DNA of 64,000 nucleotides from Planktothrix tepida (GCF_904830955.1 NZ_LR882970.1); one strand, 5' to 3'. Shown: positions 20,777-30,744, counted from the stretch's first letter. Notes: a model not told the origin generated them from the sequence alone. Made by a program: numbers and translations.

Positions 20777-20802
20777 CAGTTATCAGTTATCAGTTCTATA
20801 TT

Positions 20803-21882
20803 TTAATGAAATAAATGAATATTAAAATACAAGATTGCTAAATAACTAATCAGCCAAGCCCCTAAACTTAATTTAATCGTAGTATCTTGAATTAAAATGC
20901 GGCTGGGTTCTTCTCCTTCAGCTAAAACTGTAACTAACCATTTATAGTGCATTACGGCATAATAAACAATCGGGACGGTAATGACTAAAGAAGGATTTTT
21001 ACCCGATGTTATTGTAAATAAAGCATAACACATAATGGTCATTGTTGCTGTGCTATTGAGAAGAGAATCTAAATAAGGTAAGGTGTATTGAGAGAGAACT
21101 GGACGTTGTTGGTTTTTTCTTCCTCGTTGATAAAATAAGTGCAAATAAGAGCGTTCTAACGGTGCTGATTTTTCATGTTCTGGAGGTATATTTTCAGACT
21201 CTAAACTGTCTTGATGGTTTTGAAAATGCAAGAGAGATAAAAGTTCAGAACGTCGCTTAGAAAACCCTAAAAATAGAGTTAGAAAAAAGGTACATAAAAC
21301 AATCCAAGCCGTTGGCATATCTCCTAACGCATAGATTCCTGCTAATAGCCTTAACACAAACCCAAAGGCAATGCAATTCACATCAAATAAAGCTATATTT
21401 TTAAGTCTGAGAGAATAAGCAATATTATTAATGGCGTAAAGTAAAACACAAATTAATGTGGGAATTCCTAACGAATAAGCACCTAAAAACGAAAGCGTTG
21501 CTAAACAAAATGCGATCGCTAACCCCAGTTTAACTGAAACTTGACCACTCGCAAGGGGACGATACTTTTTTTTCGGATGCAGGCGATCGCGTTCTCGATC
21601 TTGAATATCATTAAAAATATAAATGGCTGATGCCATTGCTGAGAAGAAAATTACCGTTAATCCTGATAGCAAAATGCTCTGGGGTTGTAATAGTCTACCA
21701 CCAAACAAAAGTCCGGCTAAACAGAATAAATTTTTTGTCCATTGGTGGGGACGAAGAAGTTTGATTAGGGGGGGAAGGGTTTTAGATTGAGTCGATACAA
21801 ATAAAGGATCAGTGGTATCAGAAATTGTCTCTAATACAGAAGTAGAATCACCTGAATAATAATCTTGATTTGCTGGTTTCAT
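20803..21882 (-). CDS. UbiA-family prenyltransferase of the decaprenyl-phosphate 5-phosphoribosyltransferase type
   Basis: LRPHQWTKN near the N-terminus is the RPxQWxKN signature of Rv3806c-like polyprenyl-phosphate phosphoribosyltransferases. It also has two Asp-rich motifs (NDIQDRERD) and 8-9 TM helices. Confidence 0.75.
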   Translation of the reverse strand: MKPANQDYYSGDSTSVLETISDTTDPLFVSTQSKTLPPLIKLLRPHQWTKNLFCLAGLLFGGRLLQPQSILLSGLTVIFFSAMASAIYIFNDIQDRERDRLHPKKKYRPLASGQVSVKLGLAIAFCLATLSFLGAYSLGIPTLICVLLYAINNIAYSLRLKNIALFDVNCIAFGFVLRLLAGIYALGDMPTAWIVLCTFFLTLFLGFSKRRSELLSLLHFQNHQDSLESENIPPEHEKSAPLERSYLHLFYQRGRKNQQRPVLSQYTLPYLDSLLNSTATMTIMCYALFTITSGKNPSLVITVPIVYYAVMHYKWLVTVLAEGEEPSRILIQDTTIKLSLGAWLISYLAILYFNIHLFH

Positions 21883-21925
21883 GAATCCTTTAACTCCTCA
21901 CAGCTTACTTTAATGGTTTTTTATT

Positions 21926-22288
21926 TCAACGAGACATAATAACAATTCCAGCCACAATCAAGCTTAATCCTATCATTTGATTGATTCCAAACCGTTCTCC
22001 TAAAAATAAACTTCCCATGAATGCAACTAAGCTAAAACCAATAGCAGCAAAGACAGGATAAGCAATGGAAACGGGTAAGCGATCTAAGGCTTTAGCAAAG
22101 ACAATTAAGTTAATTCCATAGACGAGGATTGCAGCAATAAACCAAGGAGATAATAATAGAGTCAGTAAACTGGGATCAGGGGCTTCTAGTCGGGATTTTT
22201 TTAGTAATAAATTGCCAATTCCCGTGTTCATAGCCGCAATTAAAACTAAACTCCATGAAATCCAATTAGCTGAGTTAATATTGTTCAC
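21926..22288 (-). CDS. Small 4-TM DMT/SMR-like protein, ArnE/ArnF-like (lipid-linked sugar flippase subunit family)
   Basis: 120 aa. The EamA half-domain pattern is SIAYPVFAAIGFSLVAFMGSLFLGERFGINQMIGLSLIVAGIVIM. Confidence 0.6.
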   Translation of the reverse strand: MNNINSANWISWSLVLIAAMNTGIGNLLLKKSRLEAPDPSLLTLLLSPWFIAAILVYGINLIVFAKALDRLPVSIAYPVFAAIGFSLVAFMGSLFLGERFGINQMIGLSLIVAGIVIMSR

Positions 22289-22333
22289 GATTTGTTATTC
22301 AAATAGCTAAGTTAATCATTGTTAAAAATTAGT

Positions 22334-23359
22334 TTAGGAGAGTTGTTTTAACACCCAAAGTAATTTTTCTTTGACGGGGCGACGATGGGCTGAACCTGCT
22401 TTTTCCGCTTGCAGTTGATTATAGTTCTTTTGGAACCAATCATAACTTTCTCGGAACATTTCATCATTAGAATATTTGGGTTTCCAGCCGAGTTTTAGCA
22501 GAGGATCAACATCAAAATAAAATTCTTTGTGATAGGTTAAATAATGCCAAGGGGCGAGAGGACTTAACCCCATCCAGTCTAATAGTTGTAAAGTTCCAAT
22601 TGTTAGTCCAGTGGGTAAACTTTTAACTTGAGATTTTGTTCCTGCATATTCAATTAAATGTTCTAATCCTTCTCGTAACGTGCCAAAACGATCGGTTCCG
22701 ACATTATAGATTCCGGGTTGACCTAAATCAAGAGCAAGAAGATAGGCATCCATCAAATCATGAGCATGAACAAACTGAAATTTAACGTTACCACTTCCAA
22801 TCACATAAACATTCTTTCCTTCTTGAATCCATTCAAATAATATCTGAAAAATCCCTAATCTTCCTTCGCCTAAAATAGTTCGGGGACGAATCACAATTAA
22901 GGGTAAACCACCTTGATCACAAATCTCTCTAACCGCTAATTCTCCAGCTAATTTTGCCCGTCCATAAATCTCAACAGCTTTTGTCGGGGTATCGTTGGTA
23001 ATCGGACATTCAGCCTCTCCAAATAAAGCACTAGAACTCATGTGAATAAAACTTTTGACTCCGGCTTTTACGGCTTCTTCGGCGGCGATTTTGCTTCCTT
23101 CAACGTTGACCTCCCAGAATTTATTACCGGATTTTGTTAAGGGAACTAAAGCCACATTATGATGAACAATATCAATTCCTTCCATCGCTTTTGCAACCCC
23201 AGTGCGATCGCAAATATCACAGTTAATAAATTCAATTTCTGGGGGACGGGTCGGATCTTCCCAAATATCTAAAATTTTAACGTCTTCTCCCCGTTCATAT
23301 AATCGACGCGCAATTAAATTTCCTAAAAACCCTGATCCCCCCGTAATTAAGTGCTTCAT
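22334..23359 (-). CDS. NAD-dependent epimerase/dehydratase (extended SDR)
   Basis: ITGGSGFLGNLIARRL Rossmann motif and a YxxxK active site. Confidence 0.8.
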   Translation of the reverse strand: MKHLITGGSGFLGNLIARRLYERGEDVKILDIWEDPTRPPEIEFINCDICDRTGVAKAMEGIDIVHHNVALVPLTKSGNKFWEVNVEGSKIAAEEAVKAGVKSFIHMSSSALFGEAECPITNDTPTKAVEIYGRAKLAGELAVREICDQGGLPLIVIRPRTILGEGRLGIFQILFEWIQEGKNVYVIGSGNVKFQFVHAHDLMDAYLLALDLGQPGIYNVGTDRFGTLREGLEHLIEYAGTKSQVKSLPTGLTIGTLQLLDWMGLSPLAPWHYLTYHKEFYFDVDPLLKLGWKPKYSNDEMFRESYDWFQKNYNQLQAEKAGSAHRRPVKEKLLWVLKQLS

Positions 23360-23480
23360 AAAGTTCTGTTTGTCCTCAACACCATTTGTTTTTTCGTATC
23401 ATAAACGAAAGTTACCCATTCGTAAAGGTTAAACTCTAGGAACTTGATTAAAATAGTAAGTCGATACTAAGTTTATTTTT

Positions 23481-24047
23481 TTAGGTTGACAATTTAGAAG
23501 AAACCTTCCATACATAAAATCTAATTAAATCATACACTAAAGCCCCCCACTCGTAAACTAAATTAGCGGGCAAATAATGATAAAATAAAAGACGAAATGG
23601 CATTCTTCGATAGGCGAGTTCAGGATAAGAAGTAATAACTTCTTGGACGTTATAGCCACAGAGTTTAAACATTAACTGACTTCGTAAAGCATGGGGTTTA
23701 TTACAATATAAAATAACATCATCTAATGGCCATTTTTCTTGCTGTTCTAACCATTTTCTTAATAATCTAGCATTATCAAAAGTATCCAAATAGGGACGAT
23801 CTTTAACATTCTCAGGAACAATAACTTGGAGTTCAGGACGATAATGTAAAAGATATTTTGCAGCACACTGTTCTTCTGATTCAGGACAATCAAAGGAATT
23901 ACCCGGAGAAATAAAGACTTTTTCCTCAACAGAAACCTGCTTTAAAACTTGTTGTAAAACTGCTTCAAAATAATTGGATAAAAAGTAGTATTGGGCGAAA
24001 TCTTCCCGATAAACTAATCCTTCTGTTACGACAATATGGCTAACCAT
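23481..24047 (-). CDS. ElyC/SanA/YdcF (DUF218) family protein
   Basis: VFISPGNS...DTFDNARLLRKWL...ILYCNKPHALR matches the DUF218 core (SGG...T.eNA...VTS.hH). Confidence 0.62.
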   Translation of the reverse strand: MVSHIVVTEGLVYREDFAQYYFLSNYFEAVLQQVLKQVSVEEKVFISPGNSFDCPESEEQCAAKYLLHYRPELQVIVPENVKDRPYLDTFDNARLLRKWLEQQEKWPLDDVILYCNKPHALRSQLMFKLCGYNVQEVITSYPELAYRRMPFRLLFYHYLPANLVYEWGALVYDLIRFYVWKVSSKLST

Positions 24048-24049
24048 GA

Positions 24050-25114
24050 TTAATCTAATCCTCCATAATTTTCAAAAATCCAGGTTAAGCTTCTTCGCAT
24101 TCCTTCTTCTAAGGAAATTGTAGGGTGATACCCTAATTCTCGTTGAGCTTTAGCCACAGAACAAGCAATGGTTTTATTCATTTCTGAGAGAACATGAATT
24201 TTTTGATGATAGAATCCTAGAGCTTGTAATGTTCCATCTACCACGAAAGCAACTTCACTGGCTAATCCCGGTAATTTTAAGCGTTTATGGCTACAAGATT
24301 GGTTAAATTCTGTTTCTAATAATCGTTCAATGGTATCAATAATTTCATTCATAGAGTAGGGACGTTCATCGGCTATCCAATAAATTTCTCCATTGGCTTT
24401 TTCAGTAATTGCGGCTAATAATAATCCTTGACAAAGATTATCGACATAAGCCATTGACCGGAGATTATTCCCATCTCCAACAATCGGCCCTTTTCCATCT
24501 CGAATCATTTTAAAAAAGAGGGTTTGGCGTTGAGGTTGATGGAGGCCATAAAACCAAGGAGGACGGATAACAACGGTTTCAATTTCTCCCTGTTGCTGAT
24601 AGTTTTTAACTTCTAATTCCATCAGCATTTTTGAACGTCCATAGTTCATATAGGGATGATAGGGAGAGATTTCATCGAATAAATGATCAGGATGGGGATT
24701 ACAACCACAGGGAGAATTGGAAGAGACAATAATCGCTCGTTTTACACCTCTACAAATGGCAGAATTTAATAGATTTTTAGTTCCTTCTACATTAATTTGA
24801 TAAAAGTCTGATACTTTTTGCGGGTGAATAATTCCAGCCGTATGAAATAAAATAGCATTTTCGGCATTTTCACAAAAGCGATCGCAATCTTGGGGGTTTC
24901 TTAAGTCCCCTTGATAAACTTCAATTTGATCTGAGATCTTTTGCAATAGGGTTATATCTTGATTGGGTAAAATTAAACACCGAATTTTCAAGTTATTTTG
25001 AGGTTGATTTAAGGGTTCAAAATCGGGTAATCCTTTAACCAAAGATTCGACTAAACGAATCCCTAACCATCCTAATGCACCTGTTACTAAAATAAGGTTA
25101 GTTTTTAATTCCAT
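24050..25114 (-). CDS. NAD-dependent epimerase/dehydratase (extended SDR), second copy
   Basis: VTGALGWLGIRLVESL Rossmann motif. Separated from the DUF218 stop by 2 nt. Confidence 0.8.
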   Translation of the reverse strand: MELKTNLILVTGALGWLGIRLVESLVKGLPDFEPLNQPQNNLKIRCLILPNQDITLLQKISDQIEVYQGDLRNPQDCDRFCENAENAILFHTAGIIHPQKVSDFYQINVEGTKNLLNSAICRGVKRAIIVSSNSPCGCNPHPDHLFDEISPYHPYMNYGRSKMLMELEVKNYQQQGEIETVVIRPPWFYGLHQPQRQTLFFKMIRDGKGPIVGDGNNLRSMAYVDNLCQGLLLAAITEKANGEIYWIADERPYSMNEIIDTIERLLETEFNQSCSHKRLKLPGLASEVAFVVDGTLQALGFYHQKIHVLSEMNKTIACSVAKAQRELGYHPTISLEEGMRRSLTWIFENYGGLD

Positions 25115-25188
25115 AACTTTATTATTCTTTATTATGGTTATAGTTTAGCATTAATTAGGGATATAAGAGCTAAAAAAAGTAATTTTTT

Positions 25189-26646
25189 CTAAATTTTATT
25201 TAAGAATTTTAGCGCATTTCGACGAGCGATCGCCATAATTGAACCTTGAGGATTGACCCCTGGTGCGGTACACAGTAAACTAGCATCAGCAATATATAAA
25301 TTATTGAATCCATGAACTTTTCCAAAGGAATTAACGGCACATTTTTGTAAATTTTCTCCCATTGGACAGGAGGAAAAAACATGAACGGTCATTAGATTTG
25401 TTTGTTTTATCGGCAATTGTTCTGCTATTGTAGTTAAATCTTGGGGATGGGTCAAGGGAGAAGTATTAGAAATACTAGGATAGAGAATTTTAGCATCCGC
25501 TTCAAACAATAATAACGCTAATTTTTGTAAGGCTTCTGATAAATCTTTTAAATCTTGAGAAGTTAGTTTATAGCGAACTAAAGGATCATTATAAAAGGGA
25601 ATATTTCTGACTGTCCCAAAACTTTCCCCAGTAATCATAGCATAATAAATTGCCATGTTTTGCCAATGTTTTTTAACGGTTTCTGTATATTGAGGATGGT
25701 CAGTCATTCCCACCGATAAATAAGGGGGAGAACTAATCGAACATCCGAAACTAAATCGAGGAAAAAATTCTTTGACTTGATGAACAGGAACCCCCATATC
25801 TAAGGCGTTAATTTCTTGATCAAATTGAGCAATTATTTTAACGGTTGGGTGCATTTTTAAGGAGTTTCCAATATTATTTTTAATTCCGCTTCGTCTTAAT
25901 AACGCTGGAGTTTGAATTGCACCACAACAAACAAATACGGTTTCGGCTTGAATTTTAATCGGATTTTCTGGGATATTATTCCCTTGACGAGTTCCTGTTA
26001 AAATCCAAGTTTTATCTGTTTCTTTAAGGGTTTTAATCCGAGTGTTTGCTAAGAGTTTACAGCCAGCTTTTAAAGCTCTAGGAATAAAGGTTTTCGTCAT
26101 AGATTGTCGAGTTCCTTTGGGAACGGAAGTTTCATCAGATTCTTCATAACGAAACCATCGAGGAACTTCTAAAGATTGCCAACCTAAACGCATCGCACCT
26201 TCGTGTAATTTTAAAGATGCGGTTGGAGCTTTCCCCGGTAAATAACAGACGTTAACCGCTTGTTCACAGGCTTCAAAATGAGGGATTAAATCAGCTTCTG
26301 TTAAAGCATCTACTTCAAATTCTGTGCGCCATTGTTCTAAAATATTCAAGGGTGTTCGATGATAAAGTCCGCTATTAATTTCACTTCCTCCTCCGACACA
26401 TCGACCTTCAACATATTGAATTTTGGGTTGACCAAAGGCTGCGGTTAACCCCCCATTTCGGTATTTTTGTACCATTTCTTCAACGGAAAAGGGTTGACAG
26501 GATTCTAAGGGTAAATCGTCGCCTTCTTCTATTAATAAAACATCCCGTCCGGCTTCAGCTAATAAACAGGCGGTAATTGCTCCCCCAGGGCCAGAACCAA
26601 TGATAGCAATTTCAACTTTTAAATCACATTCTGAAGCTTGAAGCAT
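25189..26646 (-). CDS. GMC-family FAD oxidoreductase
   Basis: IAIIGSGPGGAITACLLAEAGRDVLLIEEG FAD-binding fingerprint and the C-terminal GMC signature GKVHGFNNLYIADASLLCTAPGVNPQGSIMAIARRNA. Confidence 0.85.
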   Translation of the reverse strand: MLQASECDLKVEIAIIGSGPGGAITACLLAEAGRDVLLIEEGDDLPLESCQPFSVEEMVQKYRNGGLTAAFGQPKIQYVEGRCVGGGSEINSGLYHRTPLNILEQWRTEFEVDALTEADLIPHFEACEQAVNVCYLPGKAPTASLKLHEGAMRLGWQSLEVPRWFRYEESDETSVPKGTRQSMTKTFIPRALKAGCKLLANTRIKTLKETDKTWILTGTRQGNNIPENPIKIQAETVFVCCGAIQTPALLRRSGIKNNIGNSLKMHPTVKIIAQFDQEINALDMGVPVHQVKEFFPRFSFGCSISSPPYLSVGMTDHPQYTETVKKHWQNMAIYYAMITGESFGTVRNIPFYNDPLVRYKLTSQDLKDLSEALQKLALLLFEADAKILYPSISNTSPLTHPQDLTTIAEQLPIKQTNLMTVHVFSSCPMGENLQKCAVNSFGKVHGFNNLYIADASLLCTAPGVNPQGSIMAIARRNALKFLNKI

Positions 26647-26657
26647 AATATTAATAA

Positions 26658-27035
26658 TCAGTTACTTGATGAATGAATTGACTCAGATTGCCAATATAAT
26701 ACCACTAGACTTTCATAAAATCGCATCACATCTCGACAAATTTGGTAGGGTGAATTTTTCCAAGTTTCAACTTGAAGTTTACGAATAGATGGGGACTGAC
26801 AATGAAAGAAGGAACCTCGACGAAGCAAACCCCAAAAATCAAAAATTAACGTTAATAAAAATAAGGGAAATTGTAGATAATCAGGCATTCGATTCTGTTG
26901 TTCTAAAACAAACTTAACAACAGAATTATGGGGAAATTTTAGGGGAGTACAATCGGCTGGAAAACGCTGATCAATTAAAGAATAACACAACGCAGAGACA
27001 GTATTCACAAACAGTTGTTGAATCATAGTTGACAA
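26658..27035 (-). CDS. Hypothetical small protein, cotranscribed upstream of the GMC oxidoreductase
   Basis: 125-aa ORF in an operon-like position, 11 nt from the oxidoreductase. No family recognised. Confidence 0.4.
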   Translation of the reverse strand: MSTMIQQLFVNTVSALCYSLIDQRFPADCTPLKFPHNSVVKFVLEQQNRMPDYLQFPLFLLTLIFDFWGLLRRGSFFHCQSPSIRKLQVETWKNSPYQICRDVMRFYESLVVLYWQSESIHSSSN

Positions 27036-27084
27036 TCCGGCTTACTTCATTTAAGATCTGGCAATGTTTTTATGATAATCTCGA

Positions 27085-28887
27085 ATGAACCTGCGTGCGC
27101 CATCTATTTCTACTCACATTCCTTTAATTATTTTATATCTAATCCCTCCCTTGGCAACGGCTTCGTTTATTCTTTATTATGGAGTCGATGTCCCTTATCA
27201 TGATCAATGGATATTACCTAATTTATTTGAGAAATTTAAAACCGGAACTTTACAATTTATTGATTTATTTAATTTACATAATTATCATCGATTAGTTTTC
27301 CCTAAATTAATTTTTTTGAGCTTAGGTTTAACGTCAGATTGGAATATTTATGCAGAGCTAATTTGCAGCTTTTTACTAGCAATTCTAACCTTTTTATGTC
27401 TTTATCAACTCTCCAAACTCACGAACCCTGCTCAACAAGATAACTTGTTTCATCTGACAAACCTGCTAACCAGTTTAGTGTTTTTTTCTTGGATTCAATA
27501 TCAAAATTGGCTTTGGGGATTTCAAGTTGCTATATTTTTAATTAATTTTTGTACTATTTTTGCTTGTTTATTATTGTCTTATCCTAAGTTTTTATCGACT
27601 AAATGGCAATATATTGGCTCGGCTATTTTATGTGGAATCGCTAGTTTTTCTTCGGCTCAAGGTTTAGCATCTTGGCTGGCTTTAATTCCCTGCGTTTTAG
27701 GGTTAGAAGGAAATTTGACTCAAAAGCGAAAGCGTCTCTTCGTTTGGATTTTATTATTTTTAATTTCTGTATATCTTTATTTCCTAGGTTATCAACCCGA
27801 TGAAGCGTTAAAAAATGATGCGTTTAAAAATAATCCTGATTTAGCTCAAAATCCTACTTTATTTTTAATTCATTTTCTATTTAATATTATTGCTTCTCCC
27901 TTAATAGGTTCCCTGCAATGGTCTTGGATTTTGGGTTTGATCATCCTTTGCTATTTCTTTTATCTCCTCTATGAACTGTTAATTAAAAATCCTCATCTCT
28001 ATTCTTTAACCTTTCCTTGGATATCCATTGGGTTATTTGGCTTGCTTTCAAGTGTTCTGATTGCCAAGGGACGCTATTATTTAGGCTCCGATTATGCTAT
28101 TTTACAAGGTTCTCGCTTTACCACTCATACTTTATTATTATTCGTCGCTATCTTTCAACTGAGTTTGATTTGGGTTCGCTTCAAACTTTCTGCTTTAGAC
28201 TTATTAAAGAATCAGGTAATTAATACTGTCCTAACCTATGGTGTGTTAGTCGGTATTGTAGGGATTTTAACAATATTGAGAGGGGAATATGCTGTTATTC
28301 AAGCAACGGATTTAAGTTTTTTCTTAAAGAGTGGTCAAACCTGTTTAACACTCATTGATTATCTGGAAGATTCTCCTTTTCTGAACACTTCAGTAGACAG
28401 TTGTTTAGTCAGAATTTATCCTGATGCTTCCTTTTTAAGACAGGAGGTAAAAAAACTAAAAAACTTACAATTAAGAACTTTTGCTGAAACAGTTCCTTTT
28501 GTATCTGACCCTAATTTAAAATATGGGTATCTTCATCCTTTACCCAATAATGAGCCTTTAGTCATTCGGCGCAAAATGCCGATGAGTTTAAGCGGGTGGG
28601 CAATTCTCCCAGATTCCCAACAACAACCTAATCTTATTTTTCTGTCCTATAATAATCAAAAATCCTTTTTTGCGAATGCTTATATTACAGTGGCTAGACC
28701 TGATATTGCTGAATTATTAAAATCAAAATCCTATACAAGAGCCGGATGGCAAATTGTTTTTTCAGGGGAATCTCTTCCTGTAGGCGAGAACAAGATTAAA
28801 GCCTGGGTTTATGATCCCAAACGTCAACAATTTATTCAATTAAATGGGGAAATTTCTGTAACCGTTAAACCCAAAAAGAAACCCTAA
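27085..28887 (+). CDS. Polytopic membrane protein, putative GT-C-fold glycosyltransferase
   Basis: ~12 predicted TM helices, then a ~200-aa soluble C-terminal domain. An acidic motif (YYGVDVPYHDQW) lies in the first extracytoplasmic loop, as in GT-C enzymes (ArnT/AftA/Emb-like). Assignment rests on architecture and context only. Confidence 0.45.
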   Translation: MNLRAPSISTHIPLIILYLIPPLATASFILYYGVDVPYHDQWILPNLFEKFKTGTLQFIDLFNLHNYHRLVFPKLIFLSLGLTSDWNIYAELICSFLLAILTFLCLYQLSKLTNPAQQDNLFHLTNLLTSLVFFSWIQYQNWLWGFQVAIFLINFCTIFACLLLSYPKFLSTKWQYIGSAILCGIASFSSAQGLASWLALIPCVLGLEGNLTQKRKRLFVWILLFLISVYLYFLGYQPDEALKNDAFKNNPDLAQNPTLFLIHFLFNIIASPLIGSLQWSWILGLIILCYFFYLLYELLIKNPHLYSLTFPWISIGLFGLLSSVLIAKGRYYLGSDYAILQGSRFTTHTLLLFVAIFQLSLIWVRFKLSALDLLKNQVINTVLTYGVLVGIVGILTILRGEYAVIQATDLSFFLKSGQTCLTLIDYLEDSPFLNTSVDSCLVRIYPDASFLRQEVKKLKNLQLRTFAETVPFVSDPNLKYGYLHPLPNNEPLVIRRKMPMSLSGWAILPDSQQQPNLIFLSYNNQKSFFANAYITVARPDIAELLKSKSYTRAGWQIVFSGESLPVGENKIKAWVYDPKRQQFIQLNGEISVTVKPKKKP

Positions 28888-28936
28888 ACCCTTAAAATAG
28901 AAAACAATAGAATTATTAGAAAAATATTTACCCGTT

Positions 28937-30028
28937 ATGAAACCAGAAAATGAAATTATTTTAATCGGAGGCGGTTTAATCGGATTATCCCTAGCCGTTG
29001 AGTTAAAATTACGAGGGGCAACGGTAACCGTTCTAAGTCGAAATCAACAGGAAGCAGCAGGTTTAGTCGGGGCTGGAATGTTAGCTCCCCAAGCCGAACA
29101 AATTCCTCCTGGCCCCATGCTAGACTTATGTTTACGTAGTCGCGCCCTCTATAACGACTGGACACGCAAACTGGAGAAACTCACAGGATTAGAAACTGGA
29201 TATTGGCCCTGTGGGATTTTAGCCCCCGTTTATGAACGTCCCGACTCTACGACCTTACCCCAAACCCCAGATACACCGAGTTACTGGCTAGAACGAGAAG
29301 CGATTTTACAGCAGCAGCCGGGGTTAGGGGATGACGTTGTGGGGGGGTGGTGGTTTCCCCAGGATGGTCAAGTGGATAACCGTCGGGGGTTAGTCAAAAC
29401 CTTGTACAGGGCGGCTCAGGAATTAGGCGTTAAAATTATAGAAGAAATCACAGTCAAAACCTTAGTAACTTCCCCAGAAAAGGTAACGGAAATTATCACC
29501 AATCAAGGAAATTTTAGCGCCGATCATTATATTTTAACAACGGGAGCTTGGGCTGGAGACTTATTATCCATTCCCGTGTATCCCCGCAAGGGACAAATGT
29601 TATCCGTTCGAGTTCCTGATGATTTTGAACCCTTACCTTTAAAACAAGTTTTATTCGGTTCTAATATTTATATTGTCCCCCGTCGAGATGGTTTAATTGT
29701 GATTGGCGCGACATCAGAAGACGTGGGATTTACCTGCGGTTTAACCCCCAATGGTATTGAAACCTTACTCTCAGGAGCGATACGATTATATCCGATTTTA
29801 AAAGAGTTTCCCATTCAAGAATTTTGGTGGGGATTTCGACCGGAAACGCCTGATTTATTACCCCTATTAGGGCCGAGTTATTGGGACAATTTAACCTTAG
29901 CCGTCGGTCATTATCGCAATGGAATTTTATTGGCTCCGGTTACGGCTGAATTAATTTCTAATTGGGTTTTAGACGGACAATATGATCCTTTATTCGAGCA
30001 GTTTAGAAGCGATCGCTTTCACCCCTAA
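28937..30028 (+). CDS. thiO: Glycine oxidase
   Basis: IILIGGGLIGLSLAVEL FAD motif and overall DAO-family match, with the ThiO-specific C-terminal HYRNGILLAP block. Confidence 0.85.
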   Translation: MKPENEIILIGGGLIGLSLAVELKLRGATVTVLSRNQQEAAGLVGAGMLAPQAEQIPPGPMLDLCLRSRALYNDWTRKLEKLTGLETGYWPCGILAPVYERPDSTTLPQTPDTPSYWLEREAILQQQPGLGDDVVGGWWFPQDGQVDNRRGLVKTLYRAAQELGVKIIEEITVKTLVTSPEKVTEIITNQGNFSADHYILTTGAWAGDLLSIPVYPRKGQMLSVRVPDDFEPLPLKQVLFGSNIYIVPRRDGLIVIGATSEDVGFTCGLTPNGIETLLSGAIRLYPILKEFPIQEFWWGFRPETPDLLPLLGPSYWDNLTLAVGHYRNGILLAPVTAELISNWVLDGQYDPLFEQFRSDRFHP

Positions 30029-30082
30029 AATCTAAAATTATCAGATATATAGAAAGCTGAAACCCTTTCACTTCTTACTGTT

Positions 30083-30123
30083 TGCTGTTCGCTGTTCCCT
30101 GTTCCCTGTTCCCTGTTCCCTGC
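30083..30123. repeat. Heptanucleotide short tandem repeat (CTGTTCC)n, ~5 copies
   Basis: GCTGTTCGCTGTTCCCTGTTCCCTGTTCCCTGTTCCCTG, an STRR-like repeat typical of filamentous cyanobacteria. Confidence 0.85.
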
Positions 30124-30135
30124 TATAAAATCCTT

Positions 30136-30744
30136 ATGAAATGGGTCTATGAAAATTGGGATTTAGAAACCGACCTAGGGTTTATCATCCAGTGGATTTT
30201 TGTCACCCTAGCGGGATTTTTAGTCAGTTTAATTTGGATAGAAATTGGAGAAAGACCTGATTTAGGAGCTTTAGAAGGAGCCGTTGGCGGATTAATTATT
30301 AGTGTGTCTCAATGGTTTGTTCTCAAAGACCATATTTCCCAGAGTTGGCGATGGATTTTTGTCCATGTTTTAATCTGGACAATCATTGGGTTAACTCCCA
30401 TAGGACTCTTGGGTTGGGTCATTCCCCGAACCTTAAATCTCACCCCTCGAATTGTTTATGGTGTAATCGAGGGAGCCAAATTAGGACTTTGTTTAAGCAT
30501 TGGACAATGGTGGGTCTTACGCACCGAAGTCTTGAAACCCTGGCGATGGATTATAGCTAGTGTACTGTCGTGGGGGATAGCATTACCCATCGGTTGGATG
30601 TTTGGGGGAATTTTACGTCAGGGGACAAGTTTTTTTCTGGGAGATGTGTTGGGTTTAGTCCTGGTTTGGACAATCGTTGCAGGGATGACAGGAATCGCAC
30701 TAACTCGGTTATTGTGGTATCCTGTTAGATCGGGTAATTGGTAG
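30136..30744 (+). CDS. Membrane protein built from an internal tandem duplication
   Basis: SQWFVLKDHISQSWRWIFVHVLIWTIIGLTPIGLLGWVIPRTL and GQWWVLRTEVLKPWRWIIASVLSWGIALPIGWMFGGILRQG are clear repeats. The ATG at 30136 is preferred because the track start 30082 lies inside the STR. Confidence 0.5.
   Translation: MKWVYENWDLETDLGFIIQWIFVTLAGFLVSLIWIEIGERPDLGALEGAVGGLIISVSQWFVLKDHISQSWRWIFVHVLIWTIIGLTPIGLLGWVIPRTLNLTPRIVYGVIEGAKLGLCLSIGQWWVLRTEVLKPWRWIIASVLSWGIALPIGWMFGGILRQGTSFFLGDVLGLVLVWTIVAGMTGIALTRLLWYPVRSGNW

Noticed and set aside
26658-27035. Possible small subunit or chaperone of the GMC oxidoreductase
   Set aside because: Not rejected as a gene. The functional label was rejected because there is no twin-arginine signal and no similarity to known GMC partner subunits. 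It is kept as hypothetical.
28017-28223. 68-aa alternative-frame ORF inside the GT-C-like membrane protein gene
   Set aside because: It overlaps a longer ORF that has coherent TM topology.
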